35,381 nucleotides of DNA from contig CAYSJY010000002.1 of NCBI GenBank assembly GCA_964431705.1, forward strand, positions 1-35,381, read 5' to 3'. The notes below the pieces were generated by a model. The model was not told where the DNA came from and ran no database searches. It saw nothing but the letters and a program-made list of their open reading frames with translations. Made by a program: the position numbers and the translations under genes. The stretch's first letter is position 1; each line of letters begins with the position of its first letter. Below are positions 18,885 to 28,215 of this stretch, in pieces. This DNA is from an uncultured Muribaculaceae bacterium. Its GTDB lineage: Bacteria > Bacillota_I > Bacilli_A > RF39 > UBA660.

Positions 18885-20366
18885 ATGAGTAGAAAAAACG
18901 ATGATTTAAAGAAAACATACGAAAAATATCAAGAGACTGCAGATAATACCCTAACACCAGACGTAAGTGAAAAGCAAGCTTTACCAAAAAAAAAATTAAA
19001 AGAAAAACTTGCTGCAACAATCGCCGTTTTCTTGGTTGGTGCTACGCTAATTGGAGTTGGAATTAAGTTTAAAAACAAAGGTACAGACCCAACACCAACA
19101 CCAGAGACAACGTCTAGCTATGATGATGGATCAGACGATGAAGAAAAAGAAAATTATGAATACGTATTAGTTGAAGACTTTGATATTAACGATTCGACCG
19201 CACTAAGTAAAGTTGTAAGTGATATTAAAGCTATCGTTGGGGATGACTACGATATTGAAAACATAATAAAATATTTTAACGGGGTTTTACAAAAAAGTGA
19301 TTTTTCTGATGATATGAGTGATGATGAAATTTTTGAAGAAATGCAAAAATATGGACCTCAGCTTTATGAAATTTTATCTAACTTGGTTGCTGATTATGTG
19401 AATGCCATTGAGAATTTGGAGGCCGAAAAAGCATCTGGTTTAGCAAGTGACATATCAAAACTTGTTTCGGCTGCATCTATTATTTCAAATGATGATAGTG
19501 CAAGAGCTTATGGTATTAGATTAGCTGATATTTTAGAAAGCTTATTAAAGGGTGTTAACGATGGTGATATTTCTAGTAGGGATAAATTGGCTAACGAATT
19601 TTATAATCTTTCTAATGAAATTAATAATGATGAAGCGTTAGATATTTATACTAAAACAATTTTGCGTGAATCTATGTATGTAGCTCTTCCATTATTTAGT
19701 GGTTCTTTAACAGAAGAAAAAATAACTGAATTAGAAAAGGCTAATTATACATCATCAGAGAAAAATCAAATTGGGTATGGTTATATGGGTGACTTTGGAT
19801 TAGATTATTTATACATTGTTTCAGAAAATGATGATGGCAACATGGGACGTGATCTTACTCCTACAACTGAAGTATATAATAGTTCTGATGTATCTGATGC
19901 TAATAATTATGCTGGTTCAACTGGTGAAGAAACCTCAAGTGAGATTGTAAGTCAAGGCGGAAATAGTGTAAGCAGTGAAGGAAGCAGTGAGGTTGTATCT
20001 GAGGCAACAACAACCGTTAGTCAGTCAACAACCGTCGTAGAAGTTCCATCAACAGAAACGACTACTAAAACAGAACAAGGTGGTCAAGTAGTTGGAACGA
20101 CATCTGTTGTAACTGAAACAACAACGGTAATTAGTGAAGAAATAGTTTCTCCAGGAACTGAAGAAGAAACTGTAGAAGAAGCTACAGAAGAATATACTAA
20201 TTCTACTAGTAGTAGTCTTTCAAATGTACTTACTACTCTTGGTTGGGTAACGGTTTTAGGATCTTCTGCTTTGGGAAGTTTAAATGTTGTTAGATATCAT
20301 GATAGTAAGAATGCAAGCAAGACAAATAGTGGTGTAAGTAAAACAATGAATAAAAAAAGAAAGTAA
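18885..20366 (+). CDS. Hypothetical double-anchored acidic, Ser/Thr-rich envelope protein
   Basis: GGGGGA SD. Basic N-terminus and a TM segment (LAATIAVFLVGATLIGVGI), an acidic helical ectodomain, a ~120-aa S/T/E/V-rich tract, a C-terminal TM segment (LTTLGWVTVLGSSALGSL) and a basic tail. No LPXTG. Confidence 0.75.
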   Translation: MSRKNDDLKKTYEKYQETADNTLTPDVSEKQALPKKKLKEKLAATIAVFLVGATLIGVGIKFKNKGTDPTPTPETTSSYDDGSDDEEKENYEYVLVEDFDINDSTALSKVVSDIKAIVGDDYDIENIIKYFNGVLQKSDFSDDMSDDEIFEEMQKYGPQLYEILSNLVADYVNAIENLEAEKASGLASDISKLVSAASIISNDDSARAYGIRLADILESLLKGVNDGDISSRDKLANEFYNLSNEINNDEALDIYTKTILRESMYVALPLFSGSLTEEKITELEKANYTSSEKNQIGYGYMGDFGLDYLYIVSENDDGNMGRDLTPTTEVYNSSDVSDANNYAGSTGEETSSEIVSQGGNSVSSEGSSEVVSEATTTVSQSTTVVEVPSTETTTKTEQGGQVVGTTSVVTETTTVISEEIVSPGTEEETVEEATEEYTNSTSSSLSNVLTTLGWVTVLGSSALGSLNVVRYHDSKNASKTNSGVSKTMNKKRK

Positions 20367-20377
20367 ACATGTATTGT

Positions 20378-20408
20378 AAACGCTAGAGTGTAAATTCTAG
20401 CGTTTTTT
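20378..20408 (+). terminator. Rho-independent terminator
   Basis: aaacgctaga-gtgtaaat-tctagcgttt perfect 10-bp stem followed by a T-run. Confidence 0.75.
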
Positions 20409-20430
20409 CTTTATATAAATATGTAAAATA

Positions 20431-20439
20431 TGATAAAAT
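20431..20439 (+). promoter_or_regulatory. Extended -10 promoter element upstream of fba
   Basis: TGaTAAAAT with a weak -35 (TTATAT, 17-nt spacer). AGGTGG SD before ATG 20462. Confidence 0.45.
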
Positions 20440-20461
20440 CATATTAGTAGGTGGTTTTATT

Positions 20462-21289
20462 ATGCTTGTAAATAGTAATGAGCTTTTAAATGTTGCTTTA
20501 AAAAAAGGTTATGCAATAGGCTCTTATAACATAAATAATTTAGAATGGGCTAAATATGTTTTGGAGGCTTGTGATAAAGATAAATCTCCGGTTATTTTAG
20601 CGGTAAGTGAAAAAACGATTTTATACCTAGGTGGATATAATGTAGCATATGAGGTTATTTCATCTTTAATAAAAGATTTAAACATAACCGTGCCGGTTGT
20701 TTTACACCTAGATCATGGAACGTCTTTTTTATCTTGTAAAAAAGCGATTGATGCCGGGTTTACATCAGTTATGATAGATGCATCAAGTAAAAGTCTAGAA
20801 GAAAATATTAAAATAACTAATGAGGTAATTAATTATGCCCAAAAAAGAAACGTTAGTGTAGAAGCAGAAGTTGGAACGTTAAATGATAATGATAATACTA
20901 ATTCAAGTGATGCTGTTTCGTTTGTTATGCAAACAAATGTTAATTCATTAGCACCAGTTATTGGTAATAAACATGGTATTTATAAAGAAAAGCCAGAGCT
21001 TAACTTTGAACTTTTAGGTAATATATGTAAGCAGGTTAAAATTCCACTTGTTTTGCACGGAGCTTCTGGATTGGATGAAAATAATTTAAAAACTGCTATT
21101 TTTTGTGGAATTTGTAAAATTAACATTAATACTGACTTGCAGATAGCTTGGGCTTGTGCTATAAGAAAATATTTGAATAATAACCAAGAAGAGTATGATC
21201 CTAGAAAAATAATTTCTTCGACAGAAGAAGCAATAAAAAAAGTAGTACACGAAAAAAATAGAATTTTTTCATCTAAAAGGGCTTTTTAA
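20462..21289 (+). CDS. fba: Class II fructose-bisphosphate aldolase family protein
   Basis: PVVLHLDHGTS and LVLHGASGL zinc/substrate motifs, and a ~280-aa Bacillus-type class IIB size. Confidence 0.88.
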   Translation: MLVNSNELLNVALKKGYAIGSYNINNLEWAKYVLEACDKDKSPVILAVSEKTILYLGGYNVAYEVISSLIKDLNITVPVVLHLDHGTSFLSCKKAIDAGFTSVMIDASSKSLEENIKITNEVINYAQKRNVSVEAEVGTLNDNDNTNSSDAVSFVMQTNVNSLAPVIGNKHGIYKEKPELNFELLGNICKQVKIPLVLHGASGLDENNLKTAIFCGICKININTDLQIAWACAIRKYLNNNQEEYDPRKIISSTEEAIKKVVHEKNRIFSSKRAF

Positions 21290-21339
21290 TCACTTTTTAT
21301 TATTTTTATAATAAAATATTATAGATATGGAGGAATAAA

Positions 21340-22602
21340 ATGCACAGGATAATTATCGAAGGTAATAATAAACTAACTGGAAAGGTAAAAATAAGTGGTT
21401 CTAAAAACAGTGCGGTAGCACTTGTCCCTGCTGCTGTTTTATGTGATGAGGAAGTAACGATAGCAAACGTACCAAACATCTCAGATATTAATGCATTAGA
21501 TGAAATGCTTAATTATTTAGGTGCAAAAGTAACAAGAGAAAAAGACGTTATGAAGATTGATTCATCTGAGATAGAAAATAAATTAATTCCAGAGAAAATA
21601 TCTAAAAAACTAAGGGCTTCATATTATTTTATGGGTGCTCTTTTGGGCAGGTTCAAAAGAGTGCAACTTTATTTCCCAGGTGGATGTTCAATTGGACAAA
21701 GACCAATTAATTTGCATTTAAAAGGATTTGAAGCGTTGGGAGCAACCGTTAAAGAGGATGGTAATTTATTTACCATTACGGCTGATAAATTAACAGGTGC
21801 TAAAATAAATCTTGATTTTGCATCAGTTGGAGCAACCATTAACCTTATGCTTGCTGCTGTAAAAGCTGATGGTGTAACGATAATTTCTAATGCCGCAAAA
21901 GAACCTCATATTGTTAACGTTGCAACTTTTTTAAATAACATGGGTGCAAAAATAAGAGGAGCAGGAACAAGTGAGATAAAAATAACTGGAGTAAATCATC
22001 TTCATTCTTGTTTTCACGAAGTAGTTCCCGATTACATAGAAACAGGAACTTACATGATATTGGCTAGTGTAATAGGCGAAAACATGATAATTGAAAACAT
22101 AATTCCCGATCACGTTGAATCTTTGATATCAAAATTAGAAGACGTTGGTGTTCCAATGGAAATAGGTGTTGATTACGTTAAGATAAGTGCTCCCGAAAAA
22201 TTAAGTGCAACAAACATAAAAACACAAGTATATCCAGGTTTCCCAACTGATTTACAGCAACCATTTGCGACTCTTTTAACGCAAGCGAATGGCAAATCAA
22301 TGATTACCGAAACAATATGGGAAAACAGGTTTTTAAACTTGTATGAATTAAATAAAATGGGAGCTACAACTGAGCTATTAACTAATTCAAAAGCAGTTAT
22401 AATAGGTCCTTGTAAGTTAAAAGGAAAAAAGGTTAAAGCAAGTGATTTAAGAGCGGGAGCCTCTCTTGTAATCGCAGGATTAATAGCAACTGGGCAAACA
22501 ATTATAGAAAATGCAGATCATATATTAAGAGGTTATGAAGGGATAGTTGAAAAACTTACTAATTTAGGTGCTAAAATAAAATTAGAAGAAGAAAAAGATT
22601 AA
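21340..22602 (+). CDS. murA: UDP-N-acetylglucosamine 1-carboxyvinyltransferase
   Basis: KISGSKNSAVALVPAA N-terminus, active-site Cys loop PGGCSIGQRPINLH, and a GGAGG SD. Confidence 0.95.
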   Translation: MHRIIIEGNNKLTGKVKISGSKNSAVALVPAAVLCDEEVTIANVPNISDINALDEMLNYLGAKVTREKDVMKIDSSEIENKLIPEKISKKLRASYYFMGALLGRFKRVQLYFPGGCSIGQRPINLHLKGFEALGATVKEDGNLFTITADKLTGAKINLDFASVGATINLMLAAVKADGVTIISNAAKEPHIVNVATFLNNMGAKIRGAGTSEIKITGVNHLHSCFHEVVPDYIETGTYMILASVIGENMIIENIIPDHVESLISKLEDVGVPMEIGVDYVKISAPEKLSATNIKTQVYPGFPTDLQQPFATLLTQANGKSMITETIWENRFLNLYELNKMGATTELLTNSKAVIIGPCKLKGKKVKASDLRAGASLVIAGLIATGQTIIENADHILRGYEGIVEKLTNLGAKIKLEEEKD

Positions 22603-22633
22603 AAAAATAGTAATATATTAGCCTTATAAAAAT

Positions 22634-22665
22634 AAAATAGTATTGGATTTAATACTATTTTTTTT
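22634..22665 (+). terminator. AT-rich hairpin plus T-run between murA and the SGNH gene (terminator or attenuator)
   Basis: aaaatagtatt-ggattt-aatactatttt stem (11 bp, a single G:C) followed by Ts. It ends 12 nt before the next ATG. Confidence 0.45.
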
Positions 22666-22677
22666 AAAGGTGATTAA

Positions 22678-23439
22678 ATGAAAAGAAGATATAAATTATT
22701 TATTGGTTTTTTTATTACTGGTTTACTTCTTATTGGAATATTTTTTTTGACACGCGATAAAAAGATTTACTACTTATCACTTGGGGATTCTCTAGCAGCA
22801 GGACAAACTCCGTATAATACGATTGATAAAAGCTATGGTGATTATGTAAGTGAGTATTTAAAGGACAAGGAAGTTCTTGAGTTTTATACAAAGGACTTTG
22901 CACAAAGCGGATATCGCAGTACGGATTTATTAAATGATTTAGAGGATAATAAAGAAATAGAAGTTGATGGTAAAAAAATAACTATAAAAAACGCTTTAAT
23001 TAAAGCTGATTTAGTAACGTTAAGTATTGGTTTTAATGACTTGTTTTATAAGTTAAACGTTGCAAATGAGTTTGATTTAAACGAAGTTGACGATGTGTAT
23101 GAGTACGTAGATGAGTCAATTAAAGATATTGATAAACTTCTTTATGAGCTAAGAAAAGCATGTAAAGAACAAATCATGGTGTTTGGATTTTATAATCCGT
23201 TTACTAATTTTTCTGATTCACTTTCAACTTTGATAGAACCTATAATTAAATATGCAAATAATAAAATGGAAAGTTTGGTATTAAAATATGATATGACCTT
23301 TGTAGATGTTCACGATACTTTTTTAGCAAATGATAATTATTTATCGTCAACGTTAGAAATTCACCCAACCGAAGATGGTTACAAAGCCATGGCAGACAAA
23401 GTAATTGATTTGATAGATAAAAAAATACTTGCAAAATAG
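22678..23439 (+). CDS. Membrane-anchored SGNH/GDSL hydrolase (lipase/esterase/acylhydrolase family)
   Basis: N-terminal TM segment, block I YLSLGDSLAAG, block III SIGFNDL and block V-like EIHPTEDGY. AAGGTGAT SD. Confidence 0.8.
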   Translation: MKRRYKLFIGFFITGLLLIGIFFLTRDKKIYYLSLGDSLAAGQTPYNTIDKSYGDYVSEYLKDKEVLEFYTKDFAQSGYRSTDLLNDLEDNKEIEVDGKKITIKNALIKADLVTLSIGFNDLFYKLNVANEFDLNEVDDVYEYVDESIKDIDKLLYELRKACKEQIMVFGFYNPFTNFSDSLSTLIEPIIKYANNKMESLVLKYDMTFVDVHDTFLANDNYLSSTLEIHPTEDGYKAMADKVIDLIDKKILAK

Positions 23440-23457
23440 TTTATCTACTGTTATAAT
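23429..23457 (+). promoter_or_regulatory. Sigma-A type promoter for rpmE
   Basis: TTGCAA (23429-23434), 17-nt spacer ending in TGt, then consensus TATAAT (23452-23457). Overlaps the end of the SGNH CDS. Confidence 0.65.
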
Positions 23458-23513
23458 ATAAAAGATTTTAAATCTATGGCTAGTTATTAGTCATGGCGAA
23501 AGGAGAAGAAAAC

Positions 23514-23732
23514 ATGCCTAAAAAAGAAAGTATTTATAAAAAAGCTACTGTTACTTGTACTTGTGGTAATACTTTTGAAACTTTATCCACAAATGATAAA
23601 ATAGTTGTAGAAGCATGTCATAAGTGCCATCCATTTTATACTGGGCAGGCAACTATGCAGTCAAGAACGGGAAAGGCTGAAAAATTTAATCAAAAATATG
23701 GTTTTAAAAGCAATGTTCAAAAAGCAGATTAA
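23514..23732 (+). CDS. rpmE: 50S ribosomal protein L31 (Zn-ribbon type A)
   Basis: ATVTCTCGNTFET...EACHKCHPFYTG closely parallels B. subtilis RpmE. AGGAG SD upstream of ATG 23514; the track's 23493 start is an upstream extension. Confidence 0.93.
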   Translation: MPKKESIYKKATVTCTCGNTFETLSTNDKIVVEACHKCHPFYTGQATMQSRTGKAEKFNQKYGFKSNVQKAD

Positions 23733-23756
23733 AATACATATTTTAGGAAAATTATA

Positions 23757-23786
23757 TTGACATTTGGCACAAAAAAGTGTTATATT
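23757..23786 (+). promoter_or_regulatory. Sigma-A type promoter of the str operon
   Basis: Consensus TTGACA (23757-23762), 18-nt spacer ending in TGt, then TATATT (23781-23786). About 95-nt leader before rpsL. Confidence 0.65.
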
Positions 23787-23883
23787 ATAAAAGCTTGATA
23801 TTAAGTCTTGCTATTTTTAGTGAGGCTTAAAAATATATTTAAAAAGAAACACCAGGTAGTGTGTTAAGAAAGGAGTCGAAAAT

Positions 23884-24297
23884 ATGCCTACAATGAATCA
23901 AATTATTCGTAATGGAAGAAAAAAGAAGACCCGTAAGGCAAAAGCCCCAGTTTTACTTGTTAGAACAAATACTCTAAAAAAGAAAAACATTAAGGCTAAT
24001 TCACCTCAAAAACGTGGAGTATGTACTCGTGTTGGAACTATGACACCTAAGAAGCCAAACTCAGCATTACGTAAGTATGCTCGTGTTCGTTTAAGTAATG
24101 GTATCGAAGTTACCGCTTATATTCCAGGTGAGGGACATAATTTACAAGAGCACAGTGTTGTATTAATACGTGGTGGTCGTGTAAAAGACCTTATCGGTGT
24201 TCGTTATCACATTATAAGAGGTACTTTGGATACTCAAGGGGTTGCGGACAGAAAGCAAGCAAGAAGCAAATATGGTGCTAAAAAACCTAAAAAATAA
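23884..24297 (+). CDS. rpsL: 30S ribosomal protein S12
   Basis: [30 protein letters not shown] and [25 protein letters not shown]. Note Ile at the normally Pro position. Confidence 0.98.
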   Translation: MPTMNQIIRNGRKKKTRKAKAPVLLVRTNTLKKKNIKANSPQKRGVCTRVGTMTPKKPNSALRKYARVRLSNGIEVTAYIPGEGHNLQEHSVVLIRGGRVKDLIGVRYHIIRGTLDTQGVADRKQARSKYGAKKPKK

Positions 24298-24317
24298 AAT
24301 AACAAAGGAGGAAAAAC

Positions 24318-24785
24318 ATGCGTAAGAAAAGAGCTGTTAAAAGAGACGTATTACCAGATCCAGTGTATAATTCAAAGGTAATTACTAAGTTAGTTAATCA
24401 AATTATGCTAGATGGTAAACGTGGTAAGGCAGAAACAATCGTATATAACGCGTTTGACATGATTCATGAAAGAACTGGAGAAAACGCAAATGATGTATTT
24501 AAAAAGGCCATGGAAAACGTAACTCCAGCATTGGAAGTTAAGGCTCGCCGTGTCGGTGGTGCTAACTATCAAGTTCCAGTTGAAGTAAAACCTGATAGGG
24601 CACAAGCTTTAGCACTTCGTTGGATCGTTAATGCAACTCGTTCTCGTAGCGGTAAAACAATGGCTGAAAAATTAGCAAATGAACTTATAGATGCTTCAAA
24701 TAATACAGGAGCAGCTGTTAAGAAAAAAGATGATACTCACAGAATGGCAGAGGCTAATAAAGCATTTGCACATTATCGTTGGTAG
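24318..24785 (+). CDS. rpsG: 30S ribosomal protein S7
   Basis: LPDPVYNS...[19 protein letters not shown]...AFAHYRW, and a GGAGG SD. Confidence 0.98.
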   Translation: MRKKRAVKRDVLPDPVYNSKVITKLVNQIMLDGKRGKAETIVYNAFDMIHERTGENANDVFKKAMENVTPALEVKARRVGGANYQVPVEVKPDRAQALALRWIVNATRSRSGKTMAEKLANELIDASNNTGAAVKKKDDTHRMAEANKAFAHYRW

Positions 24786-24802
24786 GAAAGGATTGATAGT
24801 AT

Positions 24803-26875
24803 ATGGCTCGTGAATATTCATTGCAAAACACTCGTAACATTGGTATAATGGCGCACGTTGATGCCGGAAAAACAACTGTTACTGAGCGTATATTGTTCCA
24901 TACTCACAAGATTCATAAAATTGGTGAAACACATGATGGTGCTTCCCAAATGGACTGGATGGAACAAGAAAAAGAACGTGGTATTACCATTACTTCAGCA
25001 GCTACTACCGCATATTGGAAAGATCATCGTTTAAATATTATTGATACCCCAGGACACGTTGATTTTACAATTGAAGTTACAAGATCACTTAGGGTATTAG
25101 ATGGTGCTGTTACCGTATTAGACGCTCAAAATGGTGTTGAACCTCAAACTGAAAACGTATGGCGTCAAGCAACGGAAATGCACGTGCCAAGATTGGTATT
25201 TGCAAATAAAATGGATAAAATGGGTGCGGATTTTGCTGGTAGTGTTGATAGTATCAAACAAAGATTAGGTGTTAAAGCAACAGCTATACAGTGGCCTATT
25301 GGAGCTGAGGATGATTTTAAAGGAATAATTGACTTAGTTACCATGAAAGCTTATCAATATGATGGTAAACAAGAAGAAAATCCTATTGAAATTGAAATTC
25401 CAGCTGACTTAAAGGACATAGCAGAAACAAAGAGAATAGAAATGATTGAGGATGCATCAGAATATGATGAGGAATTAATGGAAAAATATCTTGAAGGCGA
25501 TGAAATACCTGTTGATTTAATTAAAAGAGCAATAAGAAAAGGTGTTTTATCAGTTGAAATGTTCCCAGTTATGTGCGGAACAGGTTTAGGAAACATTGGA
25601 GTTAAACTATTGCTTGATGCGGTTGTTGATTACTTACCTGCACCAACTGACATACCATCTATTAAAGGTCATGATGAACATGATAAAGAAGTTGAAAAAC
25701 ACGCATCTGATAGTGAACCTTTCGCAGCATTAGCATTTAAAATAATGACCGATCCATTTGTTGGAAGATTATCATTCTTCCGTGTTTATTCAGGAACGTT
25801 AAAAAGTGGATCATACGTATTAAATTCTAATAAGAACACTAAAGAAAGAATAGGTCGTATCTTGCAGATGCATGCTAATAATCGTACTGAAATACAAGAA
25901 GTATATGCAGGTGATATAGCAGCAGCTGTAGGACTTAAAAACACAACTACAGGTGATACTTTGTGTGATGAAAAACATCCTGTAATATTAGAAAAAATGA
26001 ACATCCCTGAACCGGTTATCTCAATTGCGATTGAACCAAAAAGTAAGGGAGATCAAGAAAAGATGTCTACGGCATTACAAAAACTAGCTGAAGAAGATCC
26101 AACGTTTAGAGCTGAAACTGATCAAGAATCAGGGCAAACCGTTATATCTGGTATGGGGGAACTTCACTTAGAAGTAATAGTGGACAGAATGAAAAGAGAA
26201 TTTGGTGTTGAAGCAAACGTTGGTAAGCCACAAGTTGCTTATCGTGAAACTTTAACTCAAGCTGGTGATTGTGAAGGTAAATATATTAAACAATCAGGTG
26301 GACGTGGGCAATACGGACATGTTTGGGTTAAGTTTGAACCTAATAAAGATAATGGATACGAATTTGTTGATGCAATTGTTGGTGGTGTTGTTCCTCGTGA
26401 ATACATACCAGTTGTAGATAAAGGATTGCAAGAGGCTATGAAAACTGGTGTTCTTGCAGGGTATCCAATGATAGATGTTAAAGCAACGTTGTTTGACGGA
26501 TCTTATCATGACGTTGACTCTAACGAAATGGCATTTAAGGTTGCTGCATCACTAGCTTTAAAAGAAGCTAAGAAAAATTGTAAACCAGTACTTTTAGAAC
26601 CAATCATGAAGGTTGATATTGTTGTTCCAGAAGAATACTTAGGGAACGTTATGGGTGATGTAACATCACGTAGAGGTCGTCCGATGGGGCAAGAAGCTCA
26701 AGGAAACTCACTTAAGATTAATGCATACGTACCATTATCAGAAATGTTTGGTTATGCAACATCTTTAAGATCTAACACACAAGGACGTGGAACGTTCATG
26801 ATGTTATTTGATCATTATGAAGAAGTACCAAAAAGTATTTCAGAAGACATCATTAAGAAAAATGGTGGACAATAA
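24803..26875 (+). CDS. fusA: Elongation factor G
   Basis: GTPase motifs [17 protein letters not shown] and NKMD, plus full EF-G domains II-V. Confidence 0.98.
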   Translation: MAREYSLQNTRNIGIMAHVDAGKTTVTERILFHTHKIHKIGETHDGASQMDWMEQEKERGITITSAATTAYWKDHRLNIIDTPGHVDFTIEVTRSLRVLDGAVTVLDAQNGVEPQTENVWRQATEMHVPRLVFANKMDKMGADFAGSVDSIKQRLGVKATAIQWPIGAEDDFKGIIDLVTMKAYQYDGKQEENPIEIEIPADLKDIAETKRIEMIEDASEYDEELMEKYLEGDEIPVDLIKRAIRKGVLSVEMFPVMCGTGLGNIGVKLLLDAVVDYLPAPTDIPSIKGHDEHDKEVEKHASDSEPFAALAFKIMTDPFVGRLSFFRVYSGTLKSGSYVLNSNKNTKERIGRILQMHANNRTEIQEVYAGDIAAAVGLKNTTTGDTLCDEKHPVILEKMNIPEPVISIAIEPKSKGDQEKMSTALQKLAEEDPTFRAETDQESGQTVISGMGELHLEVIVDRMKREFGVEANVGKPQVAYRETLTQAGDCEGKYIKQSGGRGQYGHVWVKFEPNKDNGYEFVDAIVGGVVPREYIPVVDKGLQEAMKTGVLAGYPMIDVKATLFDGSYHDVDSNEMAFKVAASLALKEAKKNCKPVLLEPIMKVDIVVPEEYLGNVMGDVTSRRGRPMGQEAQGNSLKINAYVPLSEMFGYATSLRSNTQGRGTFMMLFDHYEEVPKSISEDIIKKNGGQ

Positions 26876-26960
26876 TAAATAATCCTAAGGGAAAAGACTT
26901 GAAATTTTCCCTTAGATTAGATAAAATAAATATGTAATTTATATAGAAAGGAAATTAATT

Positions 26961-28145
26961 ATGGCAAAAGAAAAATTTGATCGTTCAAAACCTCATGTTA
27001 ATATTGGTACCATTGGACATGTTGACCATGGTAAAACAACATTAACTGCTGCTATTACCAAAAGATTATCAGAAAAGGGTATGGCAAAATTTGAAGATTA
27101 TGCAGATATTGATAAAGCACCAGAAGAAAGAGAACGTGGTATAACTATTAATACTGCACACGTTGAGTATGAAACTGAAAAACGTCATTATGCTCACGTT
27201 GACTGTCCAGGACATGCTGATTATGTTAAAAACATGATTACTGGTGCTGCACAAATGGATGGAGCAATCCTAGTTATCGCAGCAACAGACGGTCCTATGG
27301 CACAAACTAAAGAACACATCTTACTTGCTCGTCAAGTTGGAGTACCAAAAATCGTTGTATTCATGAATAAATGCGATATGGTAGATGATCCTGAAATGCT
27401 TGACTTAGTTGAGATGGACGTTCGTGAATTATTAAGCAAATATGATTATGATGGAGATAACACTCCAGTTATCCAAGGATCAGCTTTAAAAGCACTTGAA
27501 GGAGATCCAGCTTGGGTAGAAAAGATTGACGAATTAATGAATGCTGTTGATGAATGGATTCCTACTCCAGAAAGAGACAACACAAAACCATTCTTAATGT
27601 CAATCGAAGATGTATTCACAATCACTGGTCGTGGAACTGTTGTTACAGGACGTGTTGAACGTGGACAATTAAAATTGAATGATGAAGTTGAAATTGTTGG
27701 TTTAAAAGAAACTCAAAAAACAGTTGTAACTGGTATTGAGATGTTCCGTAAACAACTAGACTATGCTGAAGCAGGAGATAACGCTGGTGTTTTACTACGT
27801 GGTATTTCACGTGAACAAGTACAACGTGGTCAAGTACTTGCAAAACCAGGAACTGTTACTCCACACACTAAATTTGAAGCTCAAGTTTATGTATTAAGTA
27901 AAGAAGAAGGCGGACGTCATACTCCATTCTTCTCAAACTACAGACCACAGTTCTATTTCAGAACAACGGACGTAACTGGTGTTGTAACGCTACCAGAAGG
28001 AACTGAAATGGTTATGCCTGGTGATAACGTTAACATGGCAGTTGAGTTAATTGCTCCAATTGCACTAGAAAATGGTACTAAATTCTCTATCCGTGAAGGT
28101 GGACGTACTGTTGGTGCTGGAACTGTTACAAAAATTGATGCTTAA
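26961..28145 (+). CDS. tuf: Elongation factor Tu
   Basis: [23 protein letters not shown] and NKCD. 394 aa. Confidence 0.99.
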   Translation: MAKEKFDRSKPHVNIGTIGHVDHGKTTLTAAITKRLSEKGMAKFEDYADIDKAPEERERGITINTAHVEYETEKRHYAHVDCPGHADYVKNMITGAAQMDGAILVIAATDGPMAQTKEHILLARQVGVPKIVVFMNKCDMVDDPEMLDLVEMDVRELLSKYDYDGDNTPVIQGSALKALEGDPAWVEKIDELMNAVDEWIPTPERDNTKPFLMSIEDVFTITGRGTVVTGRVERGQLKLNDEVEIVGLKETQKTVVTGIEMFRKQLDYAEAGDNAGVLLRGISREQVQRGQVLAKPGTVTPHTKFEAQVYVLSKEEGGRHTPFFSNYRPQFYFRTTDVTGVVTLPEGTEMVMPGDNVNMAVELIAPIALENGTKFSIREGGRTVGAGTVTKIDA

Positions 28146-28154
28146 TTTAAAATG

Positions 28155-28179
28155 AAAACACTTTAAAAGTGTTTTTTTT
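28155..28179 (+). terminator. Rho-independent terminator after tuf
   Basis: aaaacactt-taa-aagtgtttt stem followed by TTTT. Confidence 0.7.
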
Positions 28180-28185
28180 ATGCAT

Positions 28186-28215
28186 AAAAAAACTAAAGAC
28201 CTTAATCTTTAGTTT
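28186..28215 (-). terminator. Rho-independent terminator after the FemAB-family gene
   Basis: Read on the minus strand: aaactaaaga-ttaagg-tctttagttt, then TTTT. It overlaps the gene's stop by 2 nt. Confidence 0.65.

Noticed and set aside
23493-23513. Upstream-extended starts in the ORF track: rpmE 23493, secG 31236, argS 12690, prmC 16974, and 9530 for the second orphan ORF.
   Set aside because: In each case a downstream ATG has a properly spaced SD and matches the conserved N-terminus of the family. The upstream start either overlaps a promoter -10 or has no SD.
23787-23883. Possible structured ribosomal-protein leader upstream of rpsL.
   Set aside because: I could find only a short 5-bp hairpin (aacac...gtgtt), and I cannot match any known S12 leader motif by eye. 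The evidence is insufficient.
756-27843. Short antisense or alternate-frame ORFs from the track that lie inside well-supported genes. Minus strand: 756-1124, 1672-1971, 7010-7231, 7381-7746, 15363-15548, 15967-16218, 16642-16833, 18129-18344, 18817-19020, 21931-22113, 23246-23434, 24408-24605, 25354-25596, 25786-26004, 26294-26509, 27069-27254, 27643-27843. Plus strand: 10660-10950, 11641-11871, 11974-12168.
   Set aside because: Each is fully embedded opposite a conserved gene. They have no SD or promoter and show odd, low-complexity composition (F/I/L/S-rich), as expected from reading AT-rich coding DNA backwards. These are shadow ORFs.
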